A stretch of DNA of 64,000 nucleotides from Octopus vulgaris (GCA_951406725.2 OX597832.1:71672001-71736000), one strand, 5' to 3'. Counted from the stretch's first letter, positions 1 through 12,619 are shown. Program-made: numbers and translations. The notes: generated by a model from the letters alone, not told the origin.

Positions 1-4
1 ATAT

Positions 5-65
<61 letters not shown>

Positions 66-560
66 TACACACATATATATATACATATACATATATATTG
101 TATTGTATTGTATTGTATTGGCATCCTTTCTGTCTCGGGAGACAATGGAGTTGCGCATGAAGTAGTCTAGTCCGGCTTTTATATTTCATGTCCTGATACA
201 TTTCCTGCTGTGGCTGTGTAGTCCTATCCTGGACACTCCCTCTGGCAGGTACCGCAAATGTAGCGAAGACTGTTCCTGGCTGGAACAGTCTTCGCTACAT
301 ATATATATATATACATACATATACATATATATACATATATATATATTCCTATGCATACATATACATACATATACATATATATATATATATATCTTTATAT
401 ATATATATATACATATATATATGTATACATATATATACATACACATATATACATATACATACATATATATACATATGCATACATATATATATGTATATAT
501 ATATATAGATAGATATATATATATGTGTGTGTGTACACACAAACACACACACACACACAG
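1..560. repeat. (TA)n/(TACA)n/(CA)n microsatellite field
   Basis: Direct dinucleotide runs at 1-100 and 300-560; source of several spurious Y/I/C/V ORFs. Confidence 0.95.
98..298 (-). mobile_element. 3' end of RTE-clade (BovB-like) LINE with (CAATA)n tail
   Basis: Minus strand encodes [12 protein letters not shown] (RTE C-terminal motif), then a short 3' UTR GCGCAACTCCATTGTCTCCCGAGACAGAAAGGATGCC and pentamer tail. Confidence 0.75.
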
Positions 561-1369
561 TCACACTTACATGATGGACATCTTTAAGTTTGTGCCTTTC
601 AAATCCATTCACAAGGCTTTGGTCATTCTTGTGTGTATGTGTATCTCACTAATGTATATCCTTGGACAGATGTACAAACAGTGGGAAAAGTGGTAAACTC
701 GTGCCTTCAAAGAGAAATAAAGTGGATATAATATGTTGTGGCAGAGTTGTACTGACTTCCCTTGTCACTCCTCCTATTGGAAATACAGCAAAACATTGGA
801 GTGGTTCGCAGGAAACTCATAACAATACTATTGTTCATAAAATGAACAAATAAATAAAACACAATAAAGATATGAATATTAAAAAATACAAAAACATACA
901 AAAAGCTCCCTTTCATCTCTGTCATCTGTAAAGTTAAGGTTAATAGAGTAAAAAATTATTGTCGTGTTAATAACAATTCATCACAAAGATTTAGATATTT
1001 AAGAAATTTTGTTTTTTAAAGAAGCATAAAAATAAAAAAATAACTTTAACTTATTTAAGTTAATTGATCAATTAATTGATTTATTGACTCCATAATTGTG
1101 TTAGAAATTGTCAAGATGTTGTTTTAGCATATCTTTGAATAACAATGAATTCCTGCATCTGCACCAGTCTTTGTTTTGGTTGAAAGGAATGGTAGGTGGT
1201 GGGGAGGGTCTATCTTGACTTATGGTATGTCTTCCGCATTAAAATCTTAGGAAGCCCATCCTTCTCCAACTCTGACCACCATTGATACACTCAAACAGGA
1301 TATGTATGAATACAGACACAAAAACACCCATACATATAGTTTTATATATATAGGTATATATATATATAT

Positions 1370-1500
1370 CATCAACATTTAACATCCATTTTCCAAGCTG
1401 GAATGGTTTGGATGGCTTGACAGGAAATGGTAAATCCAGGGGCCACACCAAATTCCATAGTCTGTTTTGGCTTGCTTTCTACTGCCGGATGCCCTTCATA
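1370..1500 (-). mobile_element. Octopus RTE-LINE-related 3' fragment
   Basis: catcatcaacatttaacatccattttcca..gctggaatggtttggatgg..ggatgcccttc; same family as 43210-43455 (+) and 48175-48940 (-). Confidence 0.5.
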
Positions 1501-2415
1501 AGTGATCAATACTTATGCAACTGTCCTCATCTATCCACATCACATGATCAAACCAGCACAGTCTCCTCTCTTGCACTCTGCATACAATTCCTTTTATGCT
1601 AACCAATGCTCCATCACACATGCACACTGACACCTCACACCCAGCAGTATATCAATTTTAAGAAACGCCCCCACCACCACCACCTCCAGCAGCAAGAGCA
1701 ACTGCAGAATCACACCCAGAAATACCAGAACTGGGACCAAAGATAGAAACACCAATGGTAGTGAGACATCCAGTGCAGAGATATGGAAATATATTAGTTC
1801 ATCCAGAACTCCATTTAAGCCATGCCTGTACAACCACAGACTCTCATTTAGGATACCAGAGAGGTACAACATCATGCCCCTGGCACCTAAAAGAGGAATA
1901 AACCACATACATAATCAAATGTAAGTTCCTTGAGTAACCAGGGCCTTATATAAATGGAAGAAAATGTTGTAAGCTTTGCTTGACAGAGAGAACAAGAATC
2001 CTAAAATCTCACCTGACATGGGAACCGTTTTAAACTAAACTTTTTAGGTAGTGTCTGCATCTTAAACATGCTTTTTTGCCACTTGCAAACCACCACCCAC
2101 CCACCCCCACCAGATGTTGAATAAAACAAGTACATCACAACAGATGGGGTCAGAACATTTGATAGATTAACAATAGCATCAACTTAGAAGCCTGCAAGCT
2201 TCAAAATCCCCAGATGTCAAATACAGCACCAGCAGTGACAACAACAGCATCTTAGAACACCACAGCACCAGAATCTGAGATGCTGGGCTAAAAAAATAAA
2301 ACAACACAAGCATCTTAGAATATCAACACACGTGATGGTGATAAAGAGGATATAACCACGTACCGCATATGGCAAACAAAATCGAACATTTTGTTTATAT
2401 ATTTATATATGTGTA

Positions 2416-2977
2416 TCTCTTATGATAAAAGGCAGATTTTCTCTGCCTGTTCCCATGTTCGTTTTTAATACAATTCTACAATATAGAATTTCTTCAATTG
2501 GAATTTACCTACGATTTTTACAAGTAGATTCGATTGGGTCGTGGCAAAATACGAGAAAAGTAAATATCTTACGATTTGCCTCTCTAATTTCAACTGCTTC
2601 ACTCGTGCTATTACCATAATTTCTCCTACTTTCTCTTTGCAAATGTACCTTAAACCACTACTCAAAAAAAATACAGAGCAAACAGAAACAAATAAATACA
2701 TAACGATTTACTCCTCACACAATTTCTTCAATTAGAGTTTACCTATGATTTTTCCAAGTACATTCCATTCGGTCATCGCATATAAATTTCTTTCAATTTG
2801 ACACCCAATTAAGCAAAAATTCGAGAAAACTCAATATTTTACGATTTCTCTCTCTCACTTCAAAGGCTTTACTCCGCCTATTACTCCCACTTCCTCTTTA
2901 CACACATAGACAAGCAAACATATACATATATGACAGTGTCAATTGTTGAAAGAAAATTGTAAGCTAAGGTGTGTGTG

Positions 2978-3029
<52 letters not shown>

Positions 3030-5121
3030 TGACAGGGATGAGCCATTAATAGTGGTCATCCTTTTTGCTAGAGGAAGATCCGCTATGGTCTTATATGCTA
3101 CACCACTGGTTTTCAATTCATATTAATCAAATTAATATTCAAGTTTTCACCCTTATTATGTGTGTGTGTATTAGCAATTCGTATAAAATTGCATCAATGA
3201 CTTGAACTTGAATAAGTGGTTTCACATAAATGGGGATAAATTAAAAAGGTTTGTTGTTATTATTATTACTGTTTGACTATTGTAATCACGTTAGTTGGTT
3301 CCTCGTCAGAGAAACGTTGTTGTGTTGCATTTGTTAAATAATTGTAAACCGTAACCCTCCCCCTTTCGGAGGAGGGGCTTTGGTTATTGTTTCAAAATTG
3401 AATTGTGTCCCTGTTTGGAAAAATTGACAATATTTTCACCGTCTTTACGGAAGCATTTTTGTTAAAATGCCTTCGATAGAAGAAAGTCCAAAAATGAATT
3501 TCGCTGCAGCCGTACACTTCTATATAAGAGGGAGGACAAGATACAATTGATCGAAATTGCAAGAGATAGGCCTACAATTCCAGTCTGTTATATATTTTGA
3601 GTATTGTTATCACTAGCGATATCAAGATATAACTTTGTATTTTGTATTTTATGTGTAGATGTATATATATATAGATGTACATGTAATATGTACACATATA
3701 TATACACACATATATACATGCATAATATATCTACCCATACACACACACGCACACACACACACACACACACATACATAGGGGCAGGCAGGTGTGGCTGTGT
3801 GGTAACAAACTACGTTCGAAGATACTGTACTTGATATGGGCGGTAGTGCCTTGCCGGTCTATGGCCTACCTTCAACAAACCGGGAAGGCACAAACACTCT
3901 GTCTTCACATTTGCTGCGTCAGACATGTTTTAATGTTGACGAACTTGCCGAGTACATAGCCGACAATGAGCCAAAGCTCCTTCCACAGCAGAAGTTCGCT
4001 TACAACTCCGTTGTTAATTCAGTCCGGGCCAAAGCTGGGGGGGATTTTTTTCCTGGACGCTCCTGAGGGCACTGGGAAAACTTTTGTCAACAAATTAATA
4101 TTGGCTGAGATTAGGCGAACACAAGGCATTGCCCTAGCTGTGGTATCATCTGGTATTGCGGCTACTTTGTTGCCAGGCGGCAGGACAGCTCACTTCACTT
4201 TCAAGCTTCCGCTTGACTTAGCGAAGACTGAGACACCAACTTGCAACATCAGTAACAGCTCCGATCAGGCAGAAGTCTTCAGACGATGCAAGCTTATCGT
4301 TTGGGATGAATGCACGATGGCCCACAGAGGTGCTCTTGAGGCACTAGATAGATCTCTCAGAGACATCAAACACTCTTCAGCTCCCATGGGAGGCATAACA
4401 CTTCTTCTTTAAGGGGACTTCCGACAAACACTTTCCGTTATTCCCAAAGGGACTAGAGCTGATGCAGTAAGTGCGTGTCTTAAGTCATCCACATTGTGGC
4501 CACTGGTGAAGACTCTCAAACTTCACACCAATATGCGTGCTCATATGCGACGTAATATCACATCAGCAGCATTTTCTCACACCCTCCTTGCACTTGGCGA
4601 TGGCAAAATACCAGGGGATGAAAATGGTAATATTGCCATCGATTTCATTTGTACCATTGTTAAAACGCCTTCTGATCTCAGAGATACAGTGTTCCCAGAT
4701 CTACAAGCTAATTATCAGAATATGGATTGGATTGGCCAAAGGGCTATTCTGGCCCCGAGGAATAAAACTGTTCACCATATTAATGATGAAATGCTAAAAC
4801 TCATTCCTGGGGATGTCTATGTATATAAGTCTATCGATACAACTCCTGACCCAGAGGACGTCATCAACTATCCAATAGAGGTACTCAATTCCTTTGAGCC
4901 CCCCGGACTACCACCACAAACTTAAAGTTGGTGCCCCTATAATGATCATTAGAAATTTGGTTCCCCCAAAACAATGCAATGGCACACGTTTGATCGTTAA
5001 GTCCTTATCTCCCACCGTAAACTTATATCAATATTTGCCTGAATAATCATCATAATTCAGTGCAATCATTAACAGTACTTTCAAGCAATTCAGCCCCGAG
5101 CATCGCGGGGCAATTCTGCTA

Positions 5122-5122
<1 letters not shown>
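2416..5122 (+). mobile_element. Helitron (non-autonomous, internally deleted, probably with nested inserts)
   Basis: Candidate 5' A|TC start at 2416 (TCTCTTATGATAAAAGGCAG); helicase relic inside; 3' GC hairpin GCCCCGAG-CAT-CGCGGGGC at 5093-5111 followed by CTAG|T at 5119-5122. The 3' end is clear, the 5' end less so. Confidence 0.7.
3836..5030 (+). pseudogene. Helitron RepHel PIF1-family helicase fragment, frameshifted and stop-interrupted
   Basis: FFLDAPEGTGKT (Walker A), VSSGIAATLLPGGRTAH, IVWDECTMAH (Walker B), GDFRQTL, ILAPRN, PPGLPP and LKVGAPIMIIRNL spread over ORFs 3836-4066, 3966-4412, 4494-4925. Confidence 0.93.
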
Positions 5123-5215
<93 letters not shown>

Positions 5216-5220
5216 GGGGA

Positions 5221-5260
<40 letters not shown>

Positions 5261-5449
5261 GCGCGCACACATACATACATACATGCATACATGCGTGCCT
5301 GTGGGGTTGGCTTTGTTTCGAGCGTACGTCGGTGCGCATGTGTGTGTGCCTGTGGATTCGCATGCGCCCGCACCGGAAGAATTTTTTTTCCATCAATCTT
5401 TCAGTTGTGAAGTGTGTCCTTGCATGCATATATATACCCACATATAAAC

Positions 5450-6538
5450 ATATAAATACACATATAGGAAGCCCATCCCCTACATTTGTACACACACGCA
5501 CATACATACATACATCCACTCCAACGCACGTACACACACATTTACATATATATACAATACACGCACACATACATACACACGTACAAACACACACTAATTC
5601 ACATACACACCGACACATATACATACACACAACATATACCTACACGCCCACGCACACATACACATATGTACACACATATAAGCACAGACACACACATACA
5701 TACGCACACATACGCACGCACACGCGCGAAAAAAAACTCACAACCCCACGGATACACGCATATACATCCATTTACGCTTACACACACATACATACAAACG
5801 CACACACATACACACACACATACATACACACACACACACACAAATGAACCCACACATACATCCCATACACACGGCACACAACCATACATACACGCACACA
5901 CATACATACACGCACACAATTATACATACATATATATACACATACACGCACGTACAAGCACACACGCACACATACACTAAGTTAAGCACGGTTACTCGCC
6001 ACACACCCAAACTCCACGCATACACACAAAAAAACGCACACGTACACACACACATACAACAAACAAAACACACACACGATACATATACATACACGCACAC
6101 AAACATACCTCCCTGTTTTTGACCTGCCATTTTGACCTGCTAGTGTACCCACACACCACTCCTTAATTCTACTACTAGCCTGCTACCGTGTTGTTCGCCA
6201 TACACACACACGCGCGCACACACTCACACACACACACTTGTCATCATCGCACACCTTCTTTACCATTCCGTCTTTGATATAGCTCTCCTGTTTTTTAAAA
6301 ACATTTTCTTCCACTTTTACCACTTCCATCTTTTAGTATGTGACCTCGTCTGTATCACTAGCGATTTTTTTCCTCTGTCTTCCCTTCTCGGGATCTTTCC
6401 TTCTCCTATGTTTCCGACGAAGAGCTCCGCTCGAAACGTCAAACCCTCCTTCTTCCCTTCTTTCCTGAGCGTACAATAATACTTTATTTGTTCGACGTCC
6501 TTGCGTTGTTGTCTTTTTGTTTTCTTGTTTGGATTAAC

Positions 6539-6540
<2 letters not shown>
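5450..6540 (+). mobile_element. Penelope-like element 3' end (CA-rich tail plus terminal region), 5'-truncated
   Basis: Diverged reverse complement of ~6590-7650, e.g. aattcacatacacaccgacacatatacatacacacaacatatacctacacg (5596-) vs 7545-7597; ends GGATTAAC(TA)n. Left boundary approximate. Confidence 0.75.
6410..6444 (+). ncRNA. Minimal type I hammerhead ribozyme-like motif (U4C variant)
   Basis: GTTT-CCGACGA-A-GAGC(TCC)GCTC-GAAA-CG-TC-AAAC: stem I GTTT/AAAC, stem II GAGC/GCTC, palindromic ACGT in place of helix III, as in Penelope minimal hammerheads. Confidence 0.65.
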
Positions 6541-6590
<50 letters not shown>

Positions 6591-6680
6591 GTTAATCCAA
6601 ACAAGAAAGCACAAAAAAACACAACAACGCGAGGACGTGGAACAAATATAGTATTATTAGACGCTCAGGAAAGAAATAGG

Positions 6681-6715
6681 GTTTAACGTTTCGAGCAGAG
6701 CTCTTCGTCGGAAAC
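6681..6715 (-). ncRNA. Minimal type I hammerhead ribozyme-like motif (second copy)
   Basis: Reverse complement reads GTTT-CCGACGA-A-GAGC(TCT)GCTC-GAAA-CG-TT-AAAC. Confidence 0.6.
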
Positions 6716-8434
6716 GTAGGAGAAGGAAAGATCCAGAGAAGGGAAGATAGAGGGGAAAAGTCGCCAACGGTACACACGCGGTCACATTTTGAATGACCGG
6801 GAGGAAATGGGTGAAGAAAAGTTCTTTCAAAGACAGGAGAGTGGTAGAGAAGAAGGAATGTGTGTGTAAGTGTGGATATGTGCGTGCGCGGAGGTCTGCG
6901 TGTGCGTGTGTGTGTATGTGTGTATATGTGCAATGATGACACGTGTGTGTGTGTGGTTGTGGCTGTTAATATTTGCGTGTTGTAGGGCTAGTAGTGTTAA
7001 GGTCAAGGAAGAAGGAATTGGGAGTGCCTCCTTTTGTCTCTACCACAAGTCAAGTAGTAGGTACTGCTGGTTTGAAGTATGTGTGTGTGTGTGTGTGTGT
7101 GCATGTATGTATATGTATCGTGTGTGTGTTTTGTTTGTAGTGTGTGTATGCGTAGAGTCTGTGTGTGTGGTGAATAACTGTGCTTTAATTAGAGTATGTG
7201 TGAGTGTGTGCTTGTACGTGCGTATGTGTGTATACATGTATGTATAATTGTGTGCGTGTATGTATAATTCTGTGCCGTGTGTATGGGATGTATGTGTGGG
7301 TTCATTTGTGTGTGTGTGTATGTATGTGCGTACGTGTCGCATGTGCGTGTAGTTGTGTGTGCGTGTACGTGTGTGTGTGGACGTGTACGTTTGTATGTGT
7401 GTGTAAGCGTATATTGGTGTATATACGTGTATCCGTAGGGTTGTGAGTTTTGGGTGTGTGCATTCGTGTGCGTGCGTATGTGTGTGCGTGTGTGTGTGTG
7501 TGTGTCTGTGTCTATATGTGTATACGTATGTGTATGTGTGTGTGCGCGTGTAGGCATATATTGTGTGTATGTATATGTATCGGTATGTATGTGAATTTGT
7601 GTATGCGTGTGTGGGGGTGGAATTGTGTGGGCGTAATGTGCGTGCGTGTGCTTCTGTGTGTGTGTGCGCTTACGTGCGTGTATGTACGTGTGTGTCTGTG
7701 TCCATGTGTGTATAAGTGTGTGCGTATCTGTATGAGTATTGTTTGTTGGAGGTATATGTGGGCATCTGTGCTGGTCTGTGTGTGTACGTGTGTATGTGTG
7801 TGTGCGTGTATTGTGTGTGTATGTACGTGCGTGTATGTGTATGTGCGTGTGTGTGACCGTGGAGATGTGTGTCAGGTTGTGTTCATTTTATTGTGTGTAC
7901 GCGCGTGTGCTTGAGTATGTGCGTGTATGTGGCTATGTGTACGTTTATGTGTGTGTCTAAAGGTATGTGTGTGCTGGATGGGATAGGTTTCTGTGCATTC
8001 TTGTGCGTGTGTGTATGTTTGTGTACGTGTGTGTGTGCACGGGCATATGTGTGAATGCGCGTGGGTGGGTGTGGGTATGTGTATTTGTGTATGTATATGT
8101 GTGTGTATGTGTGTGGAAGTATGTGTGCGTATATGTGCATGTATGTTGTATGTGTGTGATATGTTGGAGGTATGTGTGTATTCATGAATACGTGAGTATG
8201 TGTGTGTATGTGTTTGTGTATAAGAACAATAATTTATAAAAACAATAAAATAATAAAAAAAATTATAAAACAATAAAATAATAAAATAATAAAATAAAAG
8301 ACGTAATAGCACGTAAGGAAAGAAAATGAAAAAACAATGAAAAAAGACAAAGAAAAGAAAAAAAGAAAAAGAGAAGAAGAGGGGGAAGAAATAAGAAATA
8401 AAGTTGCTTGTTGCGGGAGGTGGAGACGCAGTCA

Positions 8435-9618
8435 CTAAGAGGAGGGGGCTGTGTTGAGTCCGTGCGGGGTATTAGTCTGTAAAGTGAAAATAAACCGTTG
8501 CTCCAAGTGAAGCCTGGATTGTGGAGGTCCGTTGTGTGGGGCGAGACCAAACACAGAGATGTCACCGGGGGAATGGCTGGCCGAGCAGAAGTGACGGGCG
8601 ATGGGAGAATTGGAACGCAGCCGAACATCCCTTAGATGTTCGGCGAACCGGTCGGCCAATCGGTGGCCCGTCTGTCCTACATAAAGCATTCCGCAGAGGT
8701 TGCATTTTATGCAATATATGAGACCAGAAGAAGTGCACGTAAAAGAATGTCTAATACGTACAGTTCACTGGTTGGAGCCGATGACAGCAGTGGTGTTGGT
8801 GATGAAGGGGCAGGTGTTGCAGCGGGATCTAGAGCACGGGAAGGATCCATGTGGGGCTGAGGAGGAAGGGGAGAGGGTGCTACGGACCAGGAGATCGCGT
8901 AGATTCCGGACTCGTTTGAAGGAGGACAATGGTGGGTTGGAGAAAATTGAGGCGGGTCATGGGATCGAGCTGACGACGGAAGGCACGTAGTATCCTCCGA
9001 CGATGGGGTAGAGTGGAGGGGTGGAAAAGGAGGATAAAGAGGGTGCGGTTAGGGGGTTGATGAGAGGAAGGAGAAAGGGCGGTGGTGCGGTCGATGCGAC
9101 GAGCGCGGGCAAGGGCGTTCAAGACCTGAACAGGCGGGCCAGGTACTGAGACTGGGTCTCAAAATCCTGGTCGCGACTGCACAAGCGTCGGATGCGGAGG
9201 AACTGGGAGTAGGGGATGGCCCGTTTGGTGTGGAAGGGATGGGAGGAGGAGAAGTTGAGATAGAGGTGGGAATCCGTGGGTTTGAAGAAGGCGGAGGTGG
9301 TGAGAGAGTGGGAGGGGTGGTCGATGCTAAGAGAGATGTCAAGGAAGTTAACAGGTATTGGAGATGGTAGAAGTGAATTGGAGAGAGGGGTGGAAGTTAG
9401 AGAGGAAAGAGATGAAGTGGCAGAGTTGTTCGCGGGAGAGGGAGGTGGCGCCTATGCAGTCGTCTATGTAGCGATCGTATAGCTCTGGGGTCGGTCCGGA
9501 GAATTGGGAGAATGCTTGGGCCTCAATGTAGCCAACAAAGAGATTGGCGAAATTGGGGCCCATTCTCGTTCCCATCGCGACCCCAGACCCTGTTGGTACG
9601 TTTCCCCGGCGAACGTGG
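8435..9618 (-). pseudogene. Penelope RT C-terminal half plus GIY-YIG endonuclease, frameshifted
   Basis: ORF pieces 9348-9575, 8880-9122 and 8435-8689 carry successive RT, thumb and endonuclease motifs in different frames. Confidence 0.9.
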
Positions 9619-9795
9619 CAGCAAGTACAGTGAAGAATTCCAGGTAGAGGTAGGGGTCCACCAAGGTTCAGTCCTCAGCCCCTTCTTATTTATCATAGTC
9701 CTCCAGGCAATAACAGAGGAATTCAAGACAGGATGCCCCTCTGAGCTCCACTATGCTGATGACCTTACTGTAATTGCTGAGTCACTATCAGGAAA
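9619..9795 (+). mobile_element. RTE-clade LINE reverse-transcriptase fragment
   Basis: SKYSEEFQVEVGVHQGSVLSPFLFIIVLQAITEEFKTGCPSELHYADDL: QG..LSP and YADD motifs. Confidence 0.9.
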
Positions 9796-10108
9796 GGTTA
9801 CTCTGGTCAAAACCTCTCCAGTAAACTAAGATTAGGCAACTGGAAGATATGCAACAAGCTGTATCCCGGGGTTGTAAGAGAGTACAAATAATATTTGGGT
9901 TCAGTGAATATTATAGCAGATTCTTCAAAGAAAAAAGATTTGTAGGAAAGCAAGGAAGTGCACAGGAACAAGAAATGGAAGTAGAAATAAAGAAACACAG
10001 AAAGAACTGGTCAATGTTAGAAATAATTGTATCAGACACTAAAACTTGGAAGTTGTATGTCAATTCTACAATGCTTCCTGACTTACATAACTGAGCTGTA
10101 CCTTAGAA

Positions 10109-10198
10109 CAGTGGTTCCCAACTTTGGGTCCGTGAATAAACATATTAAAAGGGGTCTGTGGGGGAAACTCAGTTAAGTAAAAGGGTTGGGAAACACTG
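10109..10198. mobile_element. 90-bp hAT (Charlie-like) MITE
   Basis: TIRs CAGTGGTTCCCAAC / GTTGGGAAACACTG; 8-bp TSD CCTTAGAA (10101-10108) / CCTTAGAC (10199-10206). Confidence 0.85.
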
Positions 10199-10429
10199 CC
10201 TTAGACAATAACAGCCAATTTACAGGTATGCACATTGAGAATAGAAAGAATTAGGAAGTGACTCATTTTATTGATACAGCACAGTACTGCATAGTCAATG
10301 TGACTTATTGATGACATTCCAACATCGTTCTTTATGGTGACTCCCTCCACTTAATTGAGTAATAATTTTTCTTAGCAATACATCTTTTTCAAGAAATTCA
10401 TGTGTGTATGTATGCACCTGTGTGTTTGC

Positions 10430-11160
10430 ATGTAACCTTTAACAGGGAGTTGAAGACAGATAAGGGTTGTTGTCGTCTTGGAACACAACTCCTTTCCTGT
10501 TGGCTACTTCTAGCCACATCTGGTGAACTTTTATTCATTTTCTCCAGTTTGTGGCAGTACACCCCAAAAGTGTGGATGCTATTGTGTAAGCTCATAACAG
10601 AGGCCTCTGAAATCTCACAGGACACAAAATGTTTCTTTGCATGAATATTCTGCTTTGTTAGCTGTTGAGGTGGATTCTCACACAAACCACAGGTAAGTTT
10701 CCCCACTAACTTATCATAGATAACCTATTGTTTATCTCCAGCCATTATTCACTTTAAAAAATGGTTCAGTTTCATTATATTTCACAAGAACGTTGCAGAT
10801 GGATTACTGCTCAAAGCAGTTTTTCTTTGAGAGGTTATCAGGGATACATACACTCTTGCAGGAAAAGTACCCAACTTCATGAACATTACTTTTTGGAATT
10901 TCCAACATCTCAGCAGGATTTCCAACCATAATTTGTGGTTTGGCTTCAATGTTTACCTTCAAAAGATCATTGTCCAACTCTGAAGATCTTACAATGCAAC
11001 TTGAATCTTCTAATCAGAAATCCCTGCACTTGAATAATGCAAATGATCTCTAAACAGTTTTTCACCAACTGCAACTTCATACATTTCACAAATGGTTTTT
11101 AATTTCTGCTTTGCACACCAAAAATACAACTTTTGGGTTTCCATTTTTGATCTCGATACA
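10430..11160 (-). mobile_element. Degenerate mariner transposase relic
   Basis: Minus-strand fragments RSSELDNDLLKVNIEAKPQ (HTH region), CIPDNLS (WVPHEL-like), IMAGDKQ*VIYD (TGDEKW-like), KQNIHAKK; many stops and frameshifts. Confidence 0.7.
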
Positions 11161-11604
11161 GGTTGGCAAAAGAAATATACTTATTTTTGGAGTAAAATGT
11201 AACTGATAAGTTACCACACTGCAAGTGAGGCCAACATATCAGCCATACCAACATTACAGGTTTTATATAAAGCGTTTAAAGAGACAATTGCTGAAATCAT
11301 TCAGAACTTTCTGGGCAATGCAAACATGTAGCAAATACAGACACAGCATGAGAGACGCCCACACATACTTACATATATACCCAAACAGACTCATATATGC
11401 ATACATAAAACATAGAAATATACAAGCACACACACACACACACACACATGTATGTATGTATGTATGTATGTATACACATGTATATGTACACATATGTATT
11501 CCTCAAGACACAATGGCCTTGTTACCAAAGCCATTTAGCAGAATCAATAAGACTCTAATTATCATCAATAAAAATAAAACAGATGTTAATAATTCTTTCT
11601 TCTA

Positions 11605-11775
11605 TAGGCACAAGGCATGAAATTTGCTGGGAAGGGCTAGTCGATTGCATCAACCCCACTACACAAGGATGAAAGGCAAAACCAACCTCAGCAGAATTTG
11701 AACTCAGAATGCAAAAACAGAAGAAATGCTGGTAAGAAGTTTGCTATGCTGACTATTTTGCCAGCTCACTGCCTT
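11605..11775 (-). mobile_element. Octopus tRNA-derived SINE (family A)
   Basis: ggatgaaaggcaaa..cctcagcagaatttgaactcagaa..gccagctcactgcc; B-box-like GAGTTCAAATT on minus strand; other copies listed separately. Confidence 0.75.
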
Positions 11776-12619
11776 GAAAAACAGAAATTTATGAAAATAT
11801 AAAACCTACAATTAAATTTTCTTCAACTAAAAATTAAATTAAACTCTCTTAATTATATTGTTTTAGCTTCTTCTTTTAAATCAATTATTCGCTTGATTTA
11901 ACTTTTTATTTTCATGCTTAACAAAATTTCTATGTTTGTTATCTGATTAAACATCATAATTCCAAAACAAAGGAGATGTTTTAAAGCACGGTGAGTCCAT
12001 GATAAAAGCAAGTATAACTGGTATGGTTAAGAAATTTGCTTCACAATTGCAGGATCCTGAGTTCAAAACCAAAGCACAACACTCTAGGCAAGGGTCTTCT
12101 GCCTGTGGGATGCGCAACCTTCTTTTTTCCTGTTTTGATTTTGCTACAACCCAAATATTTTTATGTATCATCCTTGGCCCACTCATTTTTGTACTAATGA
12201 GGATGCTGATGATGATGACAGTGGTGAGGTGGATGGCAATGATGATGATCCTCATCATTTTACAAACTGTCAATACAAACAAAATAGAAACCACACAAAC
12301 AACACCAAAATCAACTAAACTAATGCAGTCATCCCAACCACCATCACCACCACCACCAACAACAACAACAATGAAGAAGAAAACAAGAATGGCAATACTG
12401 AAAACAACAACAATATCAATAGCCACAACAGCAACATCCAATCCTCAGTTACAATATCCTCAAAACCAGGTCCATCGTTTGTTAGTGTGATGGAAACATG
12501 GACTGATTTAGCATTAGATGACAGCAAAAGAGTTCAATTTGAAGTAGCAGTAGTGTTGTTGCTGGTCTTGGCGATTATCATGGGATGATGATGCTGACGA
12601 CGATGATGATGATGATGGT

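Larger units (their letters stand above)
6590..9618 (-). mobile_element. Penelope-like retroelement (Neptune-type), 5'-truncated
   Basis: RT motifs TFAGETYQQ..GVAMGTRMGPNFANLFVG and RYIDD; Cys linker FPCSRSRCNTCPFI; GIY-YIG region LIYCIKCNLCGMLYVGQTGHRLADRFAEH; ~1.8-kb microsatellite-like 3' tail ending in a hammerhead-containing terminus. Confidence 0.9.

Noticed and set aside
1594-2340. Possible coding exon in GC-richer stretch
   Set aside because: No sustained open frame or motif recognised; probably an old TE fragment.
5028-8435. Many long C/V/Y/H/T-rich ORFs up to 225 aa
   Set aside because: Translations of TG/CA/TA microsatellite-like sequence; no protein motifs.
11947-12610. 164-aa and 163-aa overlapping ORFs
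   Set aside because: Built from a degenerate SINE head and GAT/CAA/CAC triplet repeats.
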